The position numbers and the translations under genes were made by a program. A stretch of 55,459 bases of DNA from a virus (lineage: Duplodnaviria; Caudoviricetes): the IMG/VR virus record IMGVR_UViG_3300047476_000267, positions 1 through 55,459 of that record, one strand, 5' to 3'. The notes beneath the pieces were generated by a model. The model did no database searches, was not told where the DNA came from, and saw only the letters and a list, made by a program, of their open reading frames with translations. This document shows, piece by piece, positions 55,260 to 55,459 of the stretch (its first letter is position 1; the number at the start of each line of letters is the position of its first letter).

Positions 55260-55459
55260 ATGGCTTATCCAACCGTTTCAGCTCCCTACGGCCTACAGGC
55301 TATTAACCGTGTAGATGGCTTGCCATATGCTGGTGCAATTCGTCAGATTCCTATTGCATCCACATATAACACTGCAATCTACAATGGTGACATTGTCCGT
55401 GTAGCCGCTGGTGGCACAATCGAAAAATCAACCGTAACGACTAACGCTACTGGTGCAGC
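55260..55459 (+). CDS. Head structural protein, 3' partial
   Basis: TAGGAG RBS; MAYPTVSAPYGL...; open to the window end. Confidence 0.6.
   Translation, partial: MAYPTVSAPYGLQAINRVDGLPYAGAIRQIPIASTYNTAIYNGDIVRVAAGGTIEKSTVTTNATGA

Noticed and set aside
1-55459. Host assignment to a freshwater betaproteobacterium
   Set aside because: Gene style is suggestive but cannot be established from this sequence alone

Overview
A 55.5 kb stretch of a tailed dsDNA phage genome with podovirus-like gene order. Left to right: tail fibre/tail genes, 2OG-Fe(II) oxygenases, holin and GH19 endolysin; ejection proteins ending in a 3748-aa DarB-like polyvalent protein (N6-methyltransferase, Strawberry-notch helicase, zincin, LPD38-like tail); RusA; a recombination and modification-enzyme operon; a 550-nt non-coding block; an alpha-CTD-like protein, ParB-like protein, helicase and primase; a leftward block of small early-type genes; and terminase, portal, GroES-like, scaffold and head genes. 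I recognised no integrase, DNA polymerase, tRNA or CRISPR array. The most unusual content is RNA-level. (1) A promoter- and terminator-bounded small RNA of about 115 nt (36582-36699) whose loops are antisense to two ribosome-binding-site motifs (CUGCUAGGAGA and GGAGUGUGA) found at about nine phage start sites. (2) A canonical type I hammerhead ribozyme between two early genes. (3) Two copies of a covarying two-hairpin motif in the same stop-to-RBS position as the hammerhead. (4) A further multi-stem structured RNA. The window also has a consensus chromosomal-type parS site, a repeated palindrome and a repeat-bounded gene cassette array. Gene calls come from motifs recognised by eye; no searches or folding programs were run.
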